Positions 38,634 to 48,896 of a stretch of 64,000 bases of DNA are shown here, piece by piece. Source of the DNA: a bacterium (lineage in GTDB: Bacteria; Patescibacteriota; Minisyncoccia; Phycocordibacterales; CAIZLB01); NCBI GenBank assembly GCA_031411135.1, contig JANOAN010000009.1, forward strand, positions 7,175 to 71,174. The letters run 5' to 3'. Position numbers and translations under genes: made by a program. Positions within the stretch are counted from its first letter, which is position 1. Every line of letters begins with the position of its first letter. The notes below the pieces were generated by a model, which was given only the letters and a program-made list of their open reading frames with translations, was not told the origin of the DNA and did not search any database.

Positions 38634-40436
38634 TTATCTGCCTATATCATTAGAAGGAATTTCTACAATTGTACTTGTTGATGCAGTAGAAGTGGAAACC
38701 ACCTCACTCTTTCCGAACGGTTTTGATAGACCTACATATTCTGGCTTGTTCATTGCTATCCAATCCACAAATTCCCGCATGGCAACGGAAGCGCCAATAG
38801 TATTTGATGAAGGTGAGCGCTCTAACATGATAACAAAGCTGTATTTTGGACTCTCGTATGGGAAGAAGCCAATAACCGCAGAATTTATAAACTGATTTGA
38901 AACACCAACCTGAGCTGTCCCTGTCTTGGCTGCGATTTTGACATATGGAACGTTCAATATCTTTGCGGTCCCCATCGTGACAGTCATTCGCATACCATCG
39001 TGGATAATTCCAAAATTTTTTGAACTATCTAAAGGAAGCTGTTCAAATACTTTTCCGGAAGAATTGGGATCATCCTTGGCAATAATTGAAGGCATAATAA
39101 GCTGTCCTTTTGTGGCAATAGCAGAAACTGCACGCAAAGCTTGTATTGGTGTTAGCTGGAATCCATATTGACCAATAGATGTGTTGTACGTATCTCCCAC
39201 TCTCCAAATTTCTCCATTAAAGTTTTTAGCTTTCCATTCAATTGATGGGATAACCCCGTCACTTCCTGAAAAGAAATTATTCTCAGGTGATTCTCCAAGC
39301 CCAAACATGCGCGCATATTTTTCTAGGTTAGCGATACCAAGACCCTTCTGATCCTTGAAACCTCCACCGATTTCATAAAAATAAATATCGGATGAAACTG
39401 CAATCGCCTCTTGCATATTTGTCCAACCGTTAGCACGCCAGTCTTTAAACACTGTAAACTCTCCTGGTTTGAATGGGTTTGGCACTTTCAATTCTCCGGT
39501 ACTTAAGATTTTCTTATCTGGAGAGATAATATTTTCTACCAAGGCGGCTAGTGCAAAAATTGGTTTTACAATTGAACCTGGAGCATAGAGACCCGAACTT
39601 AAACGATCAAGGAAGGGTTTCGCTTTGCTTGTTTGGTATTCATTAATAGTTGCGACATCTGATGCGTCCGACATAACATTCGAGTTGTATTCTGGGTAAG
39701 AAACTGCAGCAATCATCTCTCCGGTATTTAAATCCATAAGCGCCCCTGATCCTCCAACATATCCTGCTCTCCTTGCTGTTTGAGCCAAAACTTTATACAA
39801 AGCCTCCTGCATCTCTACATCAATCGATATTTTTATATTATCCCCCTTCTTTTCAGGCTTGACGACTGAGTCTGTTACTGGATTACCCTGTACATCTGTC
39901 TCCGTTATTTTGAGTCCATTTTCTCCAGCTAAGATACTGTCAAAATATTTTTCTACACCATCCTCTCCAGAATAAGCTGTGTTGTAGTAAAATCCTGATC
40001 TGTCCTTCTTTGGGTACTTAACATAACCGCTGAGAATATGTGTTCCTAAAGCTTCTCTGTATGATCTTTTTACAAAGTCTGAAAAATCTGGGTCAATGGT
40101 ATTCCAAGCAAGAAGCTCCCCGTTTCGATCATAAATGACCCCGCGTTCTCCGAAAATAAGTGATCGCTGTAAGCGGTTATTCTCTGCAATATTTTTATAG
40201 TAAGCGCCCTTAACGATTTCTAGCTGTCCAAGTCTATACAAATAAGCACCACCAATGGCAAGAAAAAGAACTATCAAGAAATATATCGTGCGTCTATTGA
40301 TAGGCTTTTCAATTCTCCCTTCGAATTGGTCAGTATCAAAGTCTGGCAAGTTTGAAGAATCGAGGAAAATCTCGTCTGGATCGAGGGCTTCGTATTTTTT
40401 TTTCTTTCTAAAAAACTTAACAGAGAAAGTTGGCAT
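38634..40436 (-). CDS. mrdA: Penicillin-binding protein 2 (elongasome transpeptidase)
   Basis: Motifs SIVKP, SSD, KTGTAQ. Lies directly downstream of mreBCD. Confidence 0.8.
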   Translation of the reverse strand: MPTFSVKFFRKKKKYEALDPDEIFLDSSNLPDFDTDQFEGRIEKPINRRTIYFLIVLFLAIGGAYLYRLGQLEIVKGAYYKNIAENNRLQRSLIFGERGVIYDRNGELLAWNTIDPDFSDFVKRSYREALGTHILSGYVKYPKKDRSGFYYNTAYSGEDGVEKYFDSILAGENGLKITETDVQGNPVTDSVVKPEKKGDNIKISIDVEMQEALYKVLAQTARRAGYVGGSGALMDLNTGEMIAAVSYPEYNSNVMSDASDVATINEYQTSKAKPFLDRLSSGLYAPGSIVKPIFALAALVENIISPDKKILSTGELKVPNPFKPGEFTVFKDWRANGWTNMQEAIAVSSDIYFYEIGGGFKDQKGLGIANLEKYARMFGLGESPENNFFSGSDGVIPSIEWKAKNFNGEIWRVGDTYNTSIGQYGFQLTPIQALRAVSAIATKGQLIMPSIIAKDDPNSSGKVFEQLPLDSSKNFGIIHDGMRMTVTMGTAKILNVPYVKIAAKTGTAQVGVSNQFINSAVIGFFPYESPKYSFVIMLERSPSSNTIGASVAMREFVDWIAMNKPEYVGLSKPFGKSEVVSTSTASTSTIVEIPSNDIGR

Positions 40437-40438
40437 GC

Positions 40439-40711
40439 TTAGATTCTAATCCTTTTCTTAATCAAATCAAAGATGACAAAAATACAAGTCATGGTCAAAG
40501 TAAACGGCCACCTTAGTATAAAGACATGCTGATTTAGTACAAAAGGACTTGCATAAAGGAGGTCAGCTGCGAATCCGACAAAAATAGCAAAAAAATACTT
40601 GTCAAAAATCCACATAGAGATAATCAACACAATACCAAAGACCCACCATGGAAATACAAAGATTGAAGCGAGAAGAAAAATATTAAAAATTACTCGGGAC
40701 AATTTCGACAT
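40439..40711 (-). CDS. MreD-like small membrane protein (assigned by position)
   Basis: 90-aa ORF with 3 TM helices between mreC and mrdA. Confidence 0.35.
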   Translation of the reverse strand: MSKLSRVIFNIFLLASIFVFPWWVFGIVLIISMWIFDKYFFAIFVGFAADLLYASPFVLNQHVFILRWPFTLTMTCIFVIFDLIKKRIRI

Positions 40712-41444
40712 ATCGAATAGAATAAATTGGAACTAATGATTTGAAGAGAACGTAGGCGAAAGCGTCTCCCACAACAGAATCGACCTTGTTTACCGTACCT
40801 AGAAGAATATTCTGCATCGACGGCCAGATTACAGGATCACCAACGTTGATTTTTGATTCACTTGGGACCTTTATATAGAAGTTTCCTCCACCCCTACCTT
40901 CTGATGCAACGGCCTCTGAAGAGGTTCCCACATAAACTTCTTGGCGTTGACCTGAGGAAGAATACAGAGTAACAACTGATGTGCGAGGAAAGACCGCAGT
41001 AACATAGCCGATAAGGACGTCTGCGCTGGCAAAGACTAGGTCGTCTACTTGGATACCGTTATCTGTACCGCCGTTTACGACAATTGAATCATAGGGGGAA
41101 AACGGCGGCCTTTGTGCAACTGAAAAAAGACTTCCTTTTGGACGCTTTACATTCATTCCATCATTTGCATTTAAAAATTCTTTTAAACCTTCATTCTCTG
41201 ACTCGAGTGCAGTAATTTTAGCATTCAGATACTGAGGATCTTGATTTTCTTCGGTGTATTGTGGTTCTGACTTGTTAAAATTAAAAATATTTTTTACCCA
41301 CATAATTCCAGAAACTAAACTTTCTGAAAACAAGCTTCCTAGTACAATCAACAATATACCCATGATCACGCCGACAACTCGATCGCGACCTAAAAATTTC
41401 TTTTTTCGTCTATCGGTTTGGAGGTAGCTCATCTTCGTTGTCAA
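40683..41444 (-). CDS. mreC: Rod shape-determining protein MreC
   Basis: N-terminal TM helix, coiled coil and C-terminal β-domain. Confidence 0.7.
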   Translation of the reverse strand: MTTKMSYLQTDRRKKKFLGRDRVVGVIMGILLIVLGSLFSESLVSGIMWVKNIFNFNKSEPQYTEENQDPQYLNAKITALESENEGLKEFLNANDGMNVKRPKGSLFSVAQRPPFSPYDSIVVNGGTDNGIQVDDLVFASADVLIGYVTAVFPRTSVVTLYSSSGQRQEVYVGTSSEAVASEGRGGGNFYIKVPSESKINVGDPVIWPSMQNILLGTVNKVDSVVGDAFAYVLFKSLVPIYSIRYVEIVPSNF

Positions 41445-42486
41445 TTAATATATCACGATAAGTGTCTAAGTCCTCAAGTACAATACCCGCCCCTCGGGCC
41501 ACTGCCGTTAAAGGATCATTCGAAACATAAACAGGAATCCCTACATGCTCTGCTAAAACCTGAGCAATTCCCTTAATAAGGGCACCACCACCTGTTAGGT
41601 GAATTCCGTTATGCATGACGTCGGAGAGAATTTCAGGAGGAGTGGTTTCAATTACTTCTTTTACAGCATCAAGGAAAGTGTCAATTGATGCGCCGATTGC
41701 TTCGCGAATATCCGCGTCCGTTATAACCACTTCGCGGGGAAGTCCTGTCACCAAGTCGCGACCTCGAATAGCTGCTTCGAGGGGAGGGTTCATTGGAATA
41801 ACTGATGCAATAGCCATCTTGACGCTCTCGGCTGTTTTTTCACCGATTAAAATTTTAAATTCATTTCGGATGTATGAAATAATGTCAGTGTTGAATTTGT
41901 CGCCGGCAACTTTCAAATTTTTTGCTCGCACAATTCCACCAAGTGAAATTACAGCAATATCAGTTGTTCCACCACCAATATCAATAACCATACTTCCTGT
42001 CGCATCTTTTACTGGAAGTCTGATACCGATCGCTGCTGCCATTGGCTCTTCTATTATATGCACCTCTCGCGCGCCGGCATTTTTCGCAGCATCTCGGACG
42101 GCGCGCCTTTCAACATTCGTTACTCCGTACGGCACTCCAATAACAACTCGAGGACCTAACATTTTTTTAGACAAACCTTCGGCCTTTCTAATCAAATATG
42201 CGAGCATCTCCTCTGTGATTTCAAAGTCAGAGATGACGCCGTCAACCAATGGTCGAACCGCCACGATGTGTGCCGGCGTTCTACCCAACATCGCCTTAGC
42301 CTGCTCACCCACCGCTACCACACGCCCAGTCTTTTGGTTCACCGCCACCACAGATGGCTCGTTGATGACCACACCTCTTCCAGACACATAAACAAGGGTA
42401 TTTGCAGTACCCAAATCAATACCGATTTCATTAGATAGACTGCGATTTATGCGCTCGCGAAGCTTTTTAAACATTATGCTTACCAA
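41410..42486 (-). CDS. mreB: Rod shape-determining protein MreB
   Basis: IGIDLGTANTLVYV, DIGGGTTD and actin-fold motifs. Confidence 0.92.
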   Translation of the reverse strand: MVSIMFKKLRERINRSLSNEIGIDLGTANTLVYVSGRGVVINEPSVVAVNQKTGRVVAVGEQAKAMLGRTPAHIVAVRPLVDGVISDFEITEEMLAYLIRKAEGLSKKMLGPRVVIGVPYGVTNVERRAVRDAAKNAGAREVHIIEEPMAAAIGIRLPVKDATGSMVIDIGGGTTDIAVISLGGIVRAKNLKVAGDKFNTDIISYIRNEFKILIGEKTAESVKMAIASVIPMNPPLEAAIRGRDLVTGLPREVVITDADIREAIGASIDTFLDAVKEVIETTPPEILSDVMHNGIHLTGGGALIKGIAQVLAEHVGIPVYVSNDPLTAVARGAGIVLEDLDTYRDILIDNEDELPPNR

Positions 42487-43726
42487 TATAAGCCATTAAT
42501 TGATCTTTATCAAATAGCTCATCTTTTGAAGCAATTCTGTCCTTAAATTCGTATTTTCCTTCAGCAATTGACTTTTCACCAATAGTGATTCTAAGTGGAA
42601 TTCCAATTAAGTCAGCGTCACCGAATTTCTCTCCGGCTCGAGCATCTCTATCATCCAAAAGAACTTCAATTCCCCTTTCTATTAATTCCTTATACAGTTT
42701 TTCTGCAGCTTCGATAACAACACCTTCAGTTTTCATCGCGATGATGTGAACTGCGAATGGTGAAACTTCGGCTGGCCACACAATTCCCTTATCATCACCC
42801 AAAGCTTCAACAATAGATCCCATTAAACGTGGTACTCCGATTCCGTAACAACCCATAATTGGAAAATGACTTGTACCTTCTGCGTCTTTATATTTCAAAT
42901 CTATTGCTTCAGAAAATCTTGTACCCAGACCAAAAATATTAGCAATTTCAATTGATTTTGCTTCAGTTAATTGTTCATCTGTAAATCCTCCATCTTTCAA
43001 ACCTTCACTATTACAAATTTCTTTATTTATTGCGATTTTTTTATCAGCATTGTAGTAAATAATATCCTCACCTGCATCAGTTAACATTTGAAATTCATGA
43101 GAGTATTTTGAAAAACTTCCTCCTGAGGCAAAAGTTATATAAGTTCTATCTCCAATACCTGCTCTTCTGAATATATTTGTGTAAGCAATTTTTGCTTTCT
43201 CATAAAAATCATCATGCTCTTTTTCGTTTTTACTGAAAGAGTACATATCCTTCATCAAAAATTCTCGTCCACGTAGAATTCCGCTTTTTGCACGCATTTC
43301 ATTTCTGAATTTTGTTTGAAATTGGTATGGATAAATTGGAAGATCTCTGAAAGAGCGAAGATGATCCCTCAAAAGATCTGTAAGTGGTTCTTCATGACTA
43401 AAGCCTAACCCCATCACATTTCCATTTTTCAAAGTAGTCTTAAACCAATTATCCACCACCGCATCATCCCATCGATTAGTTTTTTCCCACAATGATTTTT
43501 CCTGCAAAGCTGCAAGTCGAAGTTCCTGTCCTCCGATTGCATTCATCTCTTCGCGAATAATATTTTCAATTTTATTTAAAACTCTAAGTCCAAGTGGTAA
43601 GAATGAATAAACCCCTGCAGTCATTTTCTGGATAAATCCTGCACGGATTAACAACTGACTATTTTTAGCTACTTCATCAGACGGTGCTTCCCTACGTGTT
43701 TTGGTAAAAAGTTGTGATTGTCGCAT
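42467..43726 (-). CDS. proS: Proline–tRNA ligase (short form without editing insertion)
   Basis: MRQSQLFTKTRRE...AGF..K...G.YSFLPLG and class II motifs. Start moved to the internal Met. The 45 codons upstream look non-coding. Confidence 0.8.
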   Translation of the reverse strand: MRQSQLFTKTRREAPSDEVAKNSQLLIRAGFIQKMTAGVYSFLPLGLRVLNKIENIIREEMNAIGGQELRLAALQEKSLWEKTNRWDDAVVDNWFKTTLKNGNVMGLGFSHEEPLTDLLRDHLRSFRDLPIYPYQFQTKFRNEMRAKSGILRGREFLMKDMYSFSKNEKEHDDFYEKAKIAYTNIFRRAGIGDRTYITFASGGSFSKYSHEFQMLTDAGEDIIYYNADKKIAINKEICNSEGLKDGGFTDEQLTEAKSIEIANIFGLGTRFSEAIDLKYKDAEGTSHFPIMGCYGIGVPRLMGSIVEALGDDKGIVWPAEVSPFAVHIIAMKTEGVVIEAAEKLYKELIERGIEVLLDDRDARAGEKFGDADLIGIPLRITIGEKSIAEGKYEFKDRIASKDELFDKDQLMAYIGKHNV

Positions 43727-43889
43727 GGTGGTTATTCTAGCATGATATTTTAAAGTTTTGGAAGTAGTTTGACTTAATGCGAATAGAGTTGTATTATTTA
43801 AGTAGATTACGGAAGTCACTATCGTCCCTAAAGCAGTCACGAGCTTTTGTAAGCACACCAACCACCCAAATCACAATGCCCATCACATT

Positions 43890-44324
43890 TTGGATTCAGT
43901 ATGTTCCAGCAGCAATTGGAACACTGCTAGTCTTGGCGATGATGCCATACGGCAAGCATTAAAAAGACTGGCGTCTTTTAAAAAATCACAAACCTCCCCC
44001 CCATCCGGGGGCACCATGGGCCAGCAATCAACCGCTGGCCTTTTACATTTCTACAAAGTAGTGGTATTCTTACATTCGGAGAAATCAAATCGATTTCAGT
44101 GGAAGGAAAAAAACCCCAACCCCTCGACCACAATGAACAACGACCCTGACTACCCAGACCTCGTAGATCGCGGACTTACCAAAGCTGAGCAAAAAGAACT
44201 CAAAGATGGTGAACCATTATGGTGCAAATTACTCGTTTCTCTAGCTCTGGGAGGAATCATCACCATTTTTGGAATTGGATTTGGCTTCTGGCAACTGGCC
44301 CGTTGGCTCAGTCTCAAGCACTAA
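43890..44324 (+). CDS. Hypothetical protein with C-terminal TM helix (GC-richer)
   Basis: 144-aa ORF followed by the terminator ccaccgc..gcggtgg + tttt at 44338–44364. Confidence 0.35.
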   Translation: MDSVCSSSNWNTASLGDDAIRQALKRLASFKKSQTSPPSGGTMGQQSTAGLLHFYKVVVFLHSEKSNRFQWKEKNPNPSTTMNNDPDYPDLVDRGLTKAEQKELKDGEPLWCKLLVSLALGGIITIFGIGFGFWQLARWLSLKH

Positions 44325-44367
44325 CCTGCTTACACCCCCCCACCGCAATCTGGCGGTGGGTTTTCAT

Positions 44368-45474
44368 TTACTTAAACAATCCAACAACATCCTGAAACGT
44401 AACAAAAACCATTAACAACAACAGAAGAATAAAACTTCCTGCATTCAGCGCCTGCAAAACTTTCTGATTAAATGGCTTCCTTCTGATCGCTTCCAAAATT
44501 ACAACAACCAGTCGCCCTCCATCAAGCGCAGGAATTGGTAGTAAGTTTAATACAGCAAGATTCAAAGAAATAAACGCTGCAAAGTTTGCAAGATAGACCC
44601 AACCCAATCGTGCCGCCTGACCAACGTGTGTAGCAATTCCAACCGGACCAGAAACTTCACTTGATTTTGCCTCGCCTTTAAAAATTCTAACTAAGAAATC
44701 AAAAGTACTAACGACTATTTCTTTTGTTATGTAAACAGTCTGCTGGTACCCTGCAACTATCGCCGCGCCAAGCGGCAACTTCACTGTCGCAACATCAGCC
44801 ATCATAATTCCAAGCCCCTTCTTACCTGCCTGCACCCCGTTAATTCCGTCTTTTGGAGTAGTTATAAAAGTCTGCACATCACCGTTTCTACTAACCACGA
44901 CACCTAAAGTGCTAGTACTTAAAATAATTTGTTCTCGGATCTCGGCTGTTTTTAAAGTTGAAGTGCTGATAACTGTAGAGGATGATGCAACCCCACTTTG
45001 AAGTCCAACTATTTCATCACCTGCTTTTAATCCTGCAAGTTCCGCTGGGCTTCCCTTTGATACACCTGTTATAAGAACACTCGGATTACTCGAATATTCA
45101 GCAGGAAAATCCTCAACTGGAGCTTTGGCGCCTGCCATTAATGTCGAAGTGAAGAGTACCCATGCTAAGAGCGCATTGAAAACTACACCTGCAATCAAGA
45201 CCAGGGCTTGCTGCCAACGGGGCTTGGCTAAAATATTATCCGGAGACAAAACATCCTCCGATCCTTCACCATAAATTTTTACATATCCTCCAAGTGGAAT
45301 TAAATTAATAGAATATCTCGTTCCACCTTTTTTAAATGAAAACAATCTTGGTGGAAAACCAATTGCAAATTCGTCCACGCGAACTTTGAAAAGTCTAGCA
45401 ATTAAAAAGTGCCCCAACTCGTGAATAAACACCAGGACCGAAAGAACTATTAAAAAAATTATAGCTGTCTGCAT
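44368..45474 (-). CDS. rseP: RIP metalloprotease RseP (site-2 protease, M50)
   Basis: HELGHF near the N-terminus, PDZ domain, and C-terminal LDGG motif. Confidence 0.85.
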   Translation of the reverse strand: MQTAIIFLIVLSVLVFIHELGHFLIARLFKVRVDEFAIGFPPRLFSFKKGGTRYSINLIPLGGYVKIYGEGSEDVLSPDNILAKPRWQQALVLIAGVVFNALLAWVLFTSTLMAGAKAPVEDFPAEYSSNPSVLITGVSKGSPAELAGLKAGDEIVGLQSGVASSSTVISTSTLKTAEIREQIILSTSTLGVVVSRNGDVQTFITTPKDGINGVQAGKKGLGIMMADVATVKLPLGAAIVAGYQQTVYITKEIVVSTFDFLVRIFKGEAKSSEVSGPVGIATHVGQAARLGWVYLANFAAFISLNLAVLNLLPIPALDGGRLVVVILEAIRRKPFNQKVLQALNAGSFILLLLLMVFVTFQDVVGLFK

Positions 45475-46025
45475 TAGTTAGAAATCTCTGTCTCTTTTTT
45501 AGCGAATAATTCATCCAGCTTCTTGTTTGCTTCTGTGACGAATTTTTCCATTTGATCCTTGTAGCGCATCATTTCGTCCTCACCTAATTCTCCTGATTTC
45601 TTCTTTGACTGTAAGTCATCGTGGACTTCGTTTCTTTCTCTGCGAATGGCAATCTTGGCTTCTTCTAATTTTTGCTTTGCAATCTTGATCAACTGTTCTC
45701 GTCTTTCACCTGTTAAGTCTGGAAAAATGACTCGAATACCCTTGTCGTCAACCACAGCAGAGACACCGAGGTTTGCTGCAACGATGGCTTTTTCAATTTC
45801 TTTGATTTGTGAAGAATCCCAAGGTGTAATTCGCAAAGTACGAGGATCTTCGTTTGTAACAGACCCTACAGCGTTTAATGGTGACATTGATCCATATGAA
45901 TCAACTCGGACAGAATCGAGTAGTGCGGCGCTCGCGCGTCCTGTTCGAATGGTCGAAAATTCACGAACTAACCAATCATTTGTTTCTTTAATTTTTGTTT
46001 GGAATGTGTTGAAGTTATATGGCAT
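45474..46025 (-). CDS. frr: Ribosome recycling factor
   Basis: 183-aa ORF with ...IRTGRASAALLD.V.V.YG... typical of RRF. Confidence 0.88.
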   Translation of the reverse strand: MPYNFNTFQTKIKETNDWLVREFSTIRTGRASAALLDSVRVDSYGSMSPLNAVGSVTNEDPRTLRITPWDSSQIKEIEKAIVAANLGVSAVVDDKGIRVIFPDLTGERREQLIKIAKQKLEEAKIAIRRERNEVHDDLQSKKKSGELGEDEMMRYKDQMEKFVTEANKKLDELFAKKETEISN

Positions 46026-46035
46026 ATTGGCATTA

Positions 46036-46707
46036 TTATACAGCTAAAGCCAAATATTCCAAACACAGCTTCATAGACGAAGCACTGTCTCTCATAAAAT
46101 GTTCAACGGCTATAATTGCTTTTAAACTCTCCTTTTTAGGTTTTTTATGAAGTTTGTGCCAACCAGCAATGACTTCTGTAATAAACTCACACACTTCTCC
46201 ACGTGTTACTTTTTCTTTTTCCAAGAAGACTACAACCTCTTTGATAATTTCCATTCTTGTCGCGACAGTTTGTTTTAAAAAGTTTTCGGGGTTAAGCGCC
46301 AGATTTGATGAATGTTCAATTTTTAAATCTAATTCGATCTCTCTGAATCGTGATAACAAAGTTGGTATAATTTGCGATTTCGACGGAATGAGAAAAAAGA
46401 AGATAGTATTTAGAGATGGTTCCTCGATAATTTTTAATAAGGCATTTTGTGCAGGAATAGTAATAGACTGAGTTGAAATGATCATGACTTTGTTTTTTCC
46501 TAATGCTCTTCTTGAATTAAAATCTGATATTAAATTAATATCATCTACTCCAATTGAAACACTTTCGAAAACAATTAAATCTGTGTGGCGAAATGAATGT
46601 TCTACGATATTATTTTTTAAAATGTCTTTTGTTAAGTGGGTAATAATTGAGGAAAAAGAAGAGACTGGGGTAAAGATAATTGAGGCGTGGTGGAGGTTTT
46701 CTAGCAT
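46036..46707 (-). CDS. holB: DNA polymerase III delta-prime-like clamp-loader subunit (short)
   Basis: QNALLKIIEEPSLNTIFFFL...PTLLSRF matches the delta-prime sensor region. No Walker A, as is usual for delta-prime. Confidence 0.5.
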   Translation of the reverse strand: MLENLHHASIIFTPVSSFSSIITHLTKDILKNNIVEHSFRHTDLIVFESVSIGVDDINLISDFNSRRALGKNKVMIISTQSITIPAQNALLKIIEEPSLNTIFFFLIPSKSQIIPTLLSRFREIELDLKIEHSSNLALNPENFLKQTVATRMEIIKEVVVFLEKEKVTRGEVCEFITEVIAGWHKLHKKPKKESLKAIIAVEHFMRDSASSMKLCLEYLALAV

Positions 46708-46782
46708 GGGTATATATTAGCATAACCATAAAAAGAGCCCCGCTGCGGCTTGAACGCATGTCGGGGTCTTGTGAGTGTGGAG

Positions 46783-47139
46783 TCATGCCGCTTTTTCGAG
46801 CGACCATTTGAATATGGTAAACAAGTACGGCGCCATGCTGAAAGCTCTAGTTTGAAAGCGAATTCCGCTTCTGTGGAGGTTTCTTATTGCCAGATTTAAC
46901 TCCACTTCTGCTCCCATACGGATTTGATTTCCTTCTTCTCCGTACGAATGCTCCGCCAAGCATACCCGCGGGAGTCTGTCATCTGCATCTGAAACTTCAC
47001 CAACGAGCTTATATGGAACTTCATCTAGCAGGAAGTACAATTCCATTTTATCTTTACACTCCTCTGGGTGCAAATGAAACCAATGCACAACCTCGAGTGT
47101 TTTTCGTAGATCGTGTGGAAACTGAATTTCTGGTGACAT
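46783..47139 (-). CDS. Hypothetical protein (GC-richer)
   Basis: 118-aa ORF. No motif recognised. Confidence 0.3.
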   Translation of the reverse strand: MSPEIQFPHDLRKTLEVVHWFHLHPEECKDKMELYFLLDEVPYKLVGEVSDADDRLPRVCLAEHSYGEEGNQIRMGAEVELNLAIRNLHRSGIRFQTRAFSMAPYLFTIFKWSLEKAA

Positions 47140-47247
47140 TGTAACTATTTTAGGTGCATTTAAACACCATGGTCTCTCCTTAAGACCGGTTTGATTTTTA
47201 TGGGTGAATGTACTCGGGAGTACTAAAGTTAATTTATATCAAAATAC

Positions 47248-48261
47248 CTACCTCTTCGCAATAATCGTCTTCTTATATGTATCCAAATGTTCCAGTGCAA
47301 TTCCAGTCCCTTTAGCAACACAGTATAAAGCATCTTCAGCAAGCATCGCCTTTACACCAGTTCTTCTAAAAACCAATTCAGGTAAATTTCTTAACATCGA
47401 CGAACCACCAGTCATCATGATTCCATTATCAATAATGTCCGACGCCAATTCAGGAGGAGTTTCTTGGAGCACATCTTTTACAGCCTTAATCATTTCACGT
47501 AATTCTTTTGCAATGGCTTTTACAATTTCATTTGTCTTTATTTCAACTGAACGTGGAAGTCCTGTTAAATAATCTCTGCCTTTCACTGACATCGAAAGTT
47601 CTTCTTCAACAGGAATTGCAGAACCAATATTTATTTTAATATCTTCGGACATTTTGTCACCAATTGCCAAGTTATAAGTTTTCTTTACATAATCAACAAT
47701 CGCGGCATCAATTCTGTTTCCTGCGCACTTTACCGAAGTACACGAAACGATTCCACCAAGCGAGATCACGGCTACGTCTGTAGTTCCTCCTCCAATATCA
47801 GCCACCATGTGTCCACGCGCTTCTTGAATAGAAATCCCTGCACCAATCGCAGCGAGAATAGGTTCTTTTACTACATACGCATTTTTAGCCCCCGCCTTGA
47901 TCGCCGCTTCAATCACGGCACGACGTTCAGTTGAAGTCACACCAGCTGGAACTGAAATTAAAATTTCAGGTTTTAAAATATTCCATTTACCCAAAGCTTT
48001 ATTAATATAGTATCGAAGCATGGCTTCAGTTACACGGTAGTCCGCGATCACACCATCCTTCATTGGGCGATAGGCAATAATAGTGTCAGGAGTTCTTCCA
48101 ATCATCTCTTTTGCATCAAGTCCAACCGCTAAAATTTTATTGTCCTGTTCAGAGATTGCGACAACAGAAGGTTCATTTAGTACAATTCCCTTTCCAGGAA
48201 GGAAAACAAGGGTGTTTGCTGTTCCTAAGTCTATTCCAAGCTTGCGAGAGAAAAATGCCAT
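47248..48261 (-). CDS. Second MreB/Mbl-like actin homologue
   Basis: LGIDLGTANTLVFL, DIGGGTTD. Paralogue of the mreB at 41410..42486. Confidence 0.88.
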   Translation of the reverse strand: MAFFSRKLGIDLGTANTLVFLPGKGIVLNEPSVVAISEQDNKILAVGLDAKEMIGRTPDTIIAYRPMKDGVIADYRVTEAMLRYYINKALGKWNILKPEILISVPAGVTSTERRAVIEAAIKAGAKNAYVVKEPILAAIGAGISIQEARGHMVADIGGGTTDVAVISLGGIVSCTSVKCAGNRIDAAIVDYVKKTYNLAIGDKMSEDIKINIGSAIPVEEELSMSVKGRDYLTGLPRSVEIKTNEIVKAIAKELREMIKAVKDVLQETPPELASDIIDNGIMMTGGSSMLRNLPELVFRRTGVKAMLAEDALYCVAKGTGIALEHLDTYKKTIIAKR

Positions 48262-48324
48262 GCCTGTATATTACGGGTAATTGGAGGATTTGCAAAGTAG
48301 AAATATTGAAACACATTTTTAGGG

Positions 48325-48426
48325 TTGAAATCAAGTTTGTCGTATTGTATACTTTTAACACTTTGGTCTTTTACCGGAAGGTATCTGGCTCCGAGATTGC
48401 CACCCTGCAGGGTGGCTTTCGTTTTT
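48325..48426 (+). ncRNA. Candidate small RNA: sigma70-like promoter (TTGAAA-17-TATACT, 48325–48353) followed about 45 nt later by an intrinsic terminator (gccaccctgcagggtggc + T-run, 48399–48426)
   Basis: Promoter and terminator read directly from the sequence. No plus-strand ORF lies between them. Convergent with the 3' end of the MazF-like gene and abuts it. Confidence 0.4.
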
Positions 48427-48811
48427 ACAGATAGTCCCTAAGGCGGTCAAGTACTAGGCTATGTTCAAAATCATCAATAATCCGAATTTTACGATTAAGC
48501 CTTGAGCTATCCAAAAGCTTTATTTGACTAATGATGGCCGAGGTGCCAGTAGAACTTAGAGGAACATACCAGCTTCCTTCTTTTCTTTTAGAAGTAAGTG
48601 GGATAGCTAAAAAAGTCGTAGGAGAAACTTTTTTTAGGATCAGAACCGGCCTTTCAAAAAATTCATTCTTTCCATCCTGTTCACTGCCAATATTTGCACC
48701 AATTGAACAAAACCATATTTCTTTTTCTCTCCAGAAAATACCTGTGGGTCTTTCTGTTTTTTCGTGTATTTTTTTCTTGAGTTCAGTCCACCTATTGAAA
48801 TCTTTGTTCAT
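48425..48811 (-). CDS. MazF/PemK-family toxin-like protein (solitary)
   Basis: IWFCSIGANIGSEQDG...ERPVLILKKV...FLAIPLTSK matches the PemK/MazF core (G.E..g..RP.lVls...v..iPlTs). No protein antitoxin ORF upstream. Confidence 0.55.
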   Translation of the reverse strand: MNKDFNRWTELKKKIHEKTERPTGIFWREKEIWFCSIGANIGSEQDGKNEFFERPVLILKKVSPTTFLAIPLTSKRKEGSWYVPLSSTGTSAIISQIKLLDSSRLNRKIRIIDDFEHSLVLDRLRDYL

Positions 48812-48896
48812 ATTCTCTAGGATAAATAAATGGAAGCTAATATTTATTAATTTATTATTAAATTGAATTTATCCATAGTGATATACTAAATAAAAA

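Noticed and set aside
41615-42391. 258-aa plus-strand ORF antisense to mreB
   Set aside because: Low-complexity Ser/Thr/Ala-rich translation. mreB on the opposite strand is unambiguous.
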